A stretch of 64,000 nucleotides of DNA, taken from contig JBHGNT010000014.1 of NCBI GenBank assembly GCA_043228905.1, positions 2,356,001 to 2,420,000 of the forward strand, written 5' to 3'. The DNA comes from Azolla caroliniana (Eukaryota > Plantae > Polypodiophyta). A program made the position numbers and the translations under genes. The notes below the pieces were generated by a model. The model saw nothing but the letters and a program-made list of their open reading frames with translations, made no database searches and was not told where the DNA came from. This document shows, piece after piece, positions 60,691 through 64,000 of this stretch (position 1 is its first letter; every line of letters starts with the position of its first letter).

Positions 60691-63255
60691 CCAACATTCT
60701 TCCTTGTCGTTTCCCTTTTGCAATGAGCTTTCCATTTTTCTCTATAAAGCATCCGCTTTGCTTAAACTTCACTTGCATTCCTTGCTCCACTATCTGTCCA
60801 ACAGAAATCAGATTTTTTGCAAGGTTTGGAACATGCATCACATTCAGCATATACTTTGTTTTTCCTTTTTCTTCCCACAATGGGATATCTCCAACTTGCT
60901 CTATTTGATGAGTAGTATTATCACCTGTCTATACATAACCAGGAATCTCTTATTCCCTTAAACTTTCAAACCAGTTTGCATGTCCTACTCTTCATTGCAT
61001 CTCTGTGAACATTCAGCCACTATTGTTGTTTCATGTTGCATCACAAATGCACCATCTTTATCACAGTCTTCACTAGTTGAGGCATAATTATTTTGTTGTC
61101 TCTTCCCTCTTTTTTCATCATTTTGCTTTTTATAGCATTCAGCTTGTGTATGGCTTGGTTTTCCACAATACCAACAACCATCATCATTCAAATAAGTTTT
61201 CTTACCTCTACCTCGATTGCTCCCCCTGCCTCTAATGTTGTTTCTTCCATTTAAAGCCTGTTGTCCTCTTCCTTGATAACTATTGTTGTTGGTTCTAGGT
61301 GAACCAAATCTTCCATGGCCTCTTCCTCGGCCTCTTCCAGCACTATTGTAGAGGGCTTGCCCCTTAGTCTCAAAGTTTCCTTTGTTTACATCATCCATCT
61401 GATTTCTTTCTTCCACTACAAGCATTGAAACCAGATCTGGAAAACTTGGGATGTTATCCCTTGTGAGAATAGATGTTTTGAAGCTTTTGTATTGAGGTCC
61501 TAAACATCTTAAGCATATTTCCACCTTATCATCATCTTCACATTGATAGAAGCAAGTGATTCACATATGCTCTTTATTTTCAAAGCATGCTCATTCACTA
61601 ACATCTTACCTTTTTCCAAGATATTTAGCTTAGTCTTCAACTGAAGCTTTCTAGCCTTTGTGTTCACTGCAAACAATTTTACTAAACTGTCCCAAACTTC
61701 TTTTGGAAGCATAGCATCCTGTATGTGTCCAAGCATCGAATCTAAGATGCTAAGTGAGAGCCAATGCAATACCTTTCTTGCCCCTTGATTCCATTCCTTA
61801 AATGCTTTAATCTGTACAGCAGTTGCATTTTCTTCAGGGATCTCTGGAGTCTCTTCTAGGTCTCCTTCAATGTAATCCCAGTATCCTTTTCCCCTCAGGA
61901 AATTTGTCATTCTCAATTTCCGCGCCAGGAAATTATTTTTATCCAACTTTTCTATGACTATTTGGCTTCTATTTTCTGTAGCCATTTTCTCTTCCAAATT
62001 AGGGTTAACTTCACAGACAACTCTCTCTCTGATCCAGGTCAGCAACTAGAAACAAAATTCACATATATGTATTGTTCTGATCTTCTTTATGAGCAATTCA
62101 GCGTTAATACCATGTTACAAAGGCACTACGGCTCTTCTGTGTGCATAGCGGATCGTGATGTGCTAGATCGTTTAGTGCTCAAGACAGAAAGGAGAAGGGG
62201 AAGGAGACTTACCTCTGCACAGTCCAAAAACTTCTATTCCATTACACGCAGAGCTCAACTTGCTCTCGTCTGTTTTCTGTTTTCTATTCATACAACTCTC
62301 TACACTACTCTCACTCTTCTCACTTTTCTACTTCTACACTTACATTTTACCTAAGTATATAAGTGACTTATTGTTGGGAATATGTCCCTCCAATGGGAGG
62401 AAGAACCGACTGATCGGAAAGCCGACAGTCGATGACAGGGAAGATCCGACTGTTCGAAAAACCGACAGTCAAAGAGTCGAAAATAGTGAGACGATTGTTT
62501 GAAGATTCGACTATTATTATTATAGTAATAATGATGATGTGTGGAAACAGATCTCTCCGGACAGGGAGAGAGAGGAGCTAAGTAGATGAGGGACTCAGTC
62601 GAGGCCGATAGCTTGAGGCCGAAACCGAAATCGTGTAAATAGCCAACTCGGGAGACTATAATTGTAAATAGTCTAAGTGTGCGCCCCACGAGGGCTAGGT
62701 ATGTAAATAGCCAGAAAGTTGTGTAAGTATATACGCAACTAGGGAAAACTTTAATGTAAGTGGAACAACGTGACGAACAGAGAGTCAGAGAGTGTGCAGA
62801 GAGTGAGAGTGTGTGAGAGAAGAAGGAAGAGTCGCGCCATAGCTCTGTGTGTGTAACAGCAGATGCACTCGTGAGAGAGAGTGTTGTAATCTTCTCGGCA
62901 TTGTATATCCACTATTTGTATAGTGAAGAATCTGTTCCCGTGGTTTTCCCCGTTTTAGGGTTTTCCACGTAAATCTCTGTGTATACTTTTGTTAATCTTG
63001 TCTTTCTGTATTTCTGCAATTCGTATTTCAGTGCATAGTTTGTTCATTGTGATTTATATTCCGCAACGATTTCTCAACACTTATATATGCAGTTAATTAG
63101 CTGCAAATAGCTAATTAGCTTACTGTAGCTAAATAGCTATGCATAGCTAAATAGTTGTTTCACCTTTATGTCCACTAGTAGCTAATTAGCTTATAGCTAC
63201 TATACCTTATTTCTCACTAAGCATCACATACCTTTGTTGAGCTTGCTCCTCAACA
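60691..63255 (-). mobile_element. 5' half of a related, AT-richer Copia element C' (LTR 62113-63255 split by a solo LTR, PBS, gag, protease)
   Basis: gag MATENRSQIVIEKLDKNNF (ATG 61985) and CWYCGKPSHTQAEC; PBS-like TGGTATTAACGC at 62101-62112; LTR starts with the hairpin TGTTGAG...CTCAACA as in elements A and B. Confidence 0.82.
62372..63079 (+). mobile_element. Solo LTR (708 bp), start related to the element G LTR
   Basis: TGTTG...CAACA; perfect TSD CTTAT at 62367-62371 and 63080-63084; start TGTTGGGAATATGTCCCTC resembles 18578. Confidence 0.9.
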
Positions 63256-63448
63256 GTGAGCGCACCAGCACCAGGTACGACTCGACGCCACGGCGGTGGT
63301 ATGGGACGTCGATCGAGGCTCGAGTCCGTCTCGATCCCTTCGCTCGGGGGTGGTCGGGTGGATCGGCACCTTTCTTTCGCTCTCTCCTTTCTTATTTCAT
63401 ATATCTTTTATCCTTATCATATGCTTACATTCAATCATCACTCTAACA
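63256..63448 (+). repeat. 3' part of an LTR, same family as 7132-7584
   Basis: Reverse-complement similarity to 7132-7320; ends CTCTAACA. Confidence 0.75.
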
Positions 63449-63872
63449 CCGGATAGCAATAGAGAATATGCACAGGTTTAATGGAAAGCTTAATCACACA
63501 AAGAGTACACGGGAGAGACAGAGAGGGTAGAACAGTAAAACTCAATTTAAAATAAAAACACTCTATAGACTCTTTACATACAATGTGCTCAGTGAGCACT
63601 TTTATACAAGTCCTTAAAAGGACTGATAGAAGTACTGACATGTAATTCAATGCTCATACGAGCGACTTACGGTGACTCCTAAAAATATGCCTACGTAGTA
63701 AGCTAGATTTCGTAGGCCTCTAATGGCCTACCGGTTAATACTGATCCGAATTACGATCCGGCTCCTAGTTCCGGATACCAATCCGGACATTGATCCGGTT
63801 CTTTGATCTGAACTCCGATCTAGCTCTAGCTTATTCAGCCGATCCGGATCCGGTTGAGCTTGTCCGCCCAAC
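63449..63872 (-). repeat. LTR of the minus-strand Copia group, truncated on the left
   Basis: Shares GGTTTAATGGA, GTGCTCAGTGAGCAC, AAGTACTGACA and the terminal TTGAGCTTGT...CAACA with the LTRs at 12895, 24677 and 31439. Confidence 0.85.
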
Positions 63873-64000
63873 AATATTCATTGAAGACATGTCATTTTCT
63901 TGAATTCATTATTCTTCCAATGAACATCAATTTTATTACTTTTTAAATAATAATAAATAGAAATGACACTTGTGATGAGTGCTACCCAAACTAATGGGTA

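Noticed and set aside
56953-63255. A single intact Copia element
   Set aside because: The LTRs are dissimilar, there is no TSD, and composition changes at ~60690. Treated as two fused elements.
1-64000. Host protein-coding genes or prokaryotic/phage defence systems
   Set aside because: Every recognisable peptide is retroelement-derived or possibly transposon-derived; no exon-like host domain or operon structure was seen.

Overview
Eukaryotic, gene-free, nested transposable-element DNA. The retroelement families suggest a non-seed land plant, most likely a moss; this is inference from family resemblance only. I found no host gene, rRNA, true tRNA gene or CRISPR array. Two young elements are structurally complete. 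One is a Ty3/Gypsy chromovirus (39635-45407, TSD GTCAT, intact pol with chromodomain, one stop in gag). The other is a Ty1/Copia element (48097-53572, TSD AGTTC, intact ~1337-aa gag-pol). Around them lie many decayed Copia and Gypsy elements, two solo LTRs with TSDs, L1-like LINE fragments, three ~830-bp non-autonomous hAT-type elements (8-bp TSDs) and several minisatellite arrays. The most notable signals read from the sequence are: (i) the chromovirus has no tRNA primer site but a self-priming duplex, a -1 frameshift cassette and a long heat-shock-element array just upstream of its TATA box; (ii) outward-facing tRNA-like A/B-box motifs sit at the U3 end of LTRs from two different Gypsy lineages; (iii) one Copia group occurs in 5-6 pieces, all on the minus strand, nests into its own LTR, and carries a conserved charged extension after RNase H; (iv) a 750-bp palindromic TAGCTAATTAGCTA array shares its motif with an LTR of that group. 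Coordinates were counted by eye, and boundaries of decayed elements are approximate.
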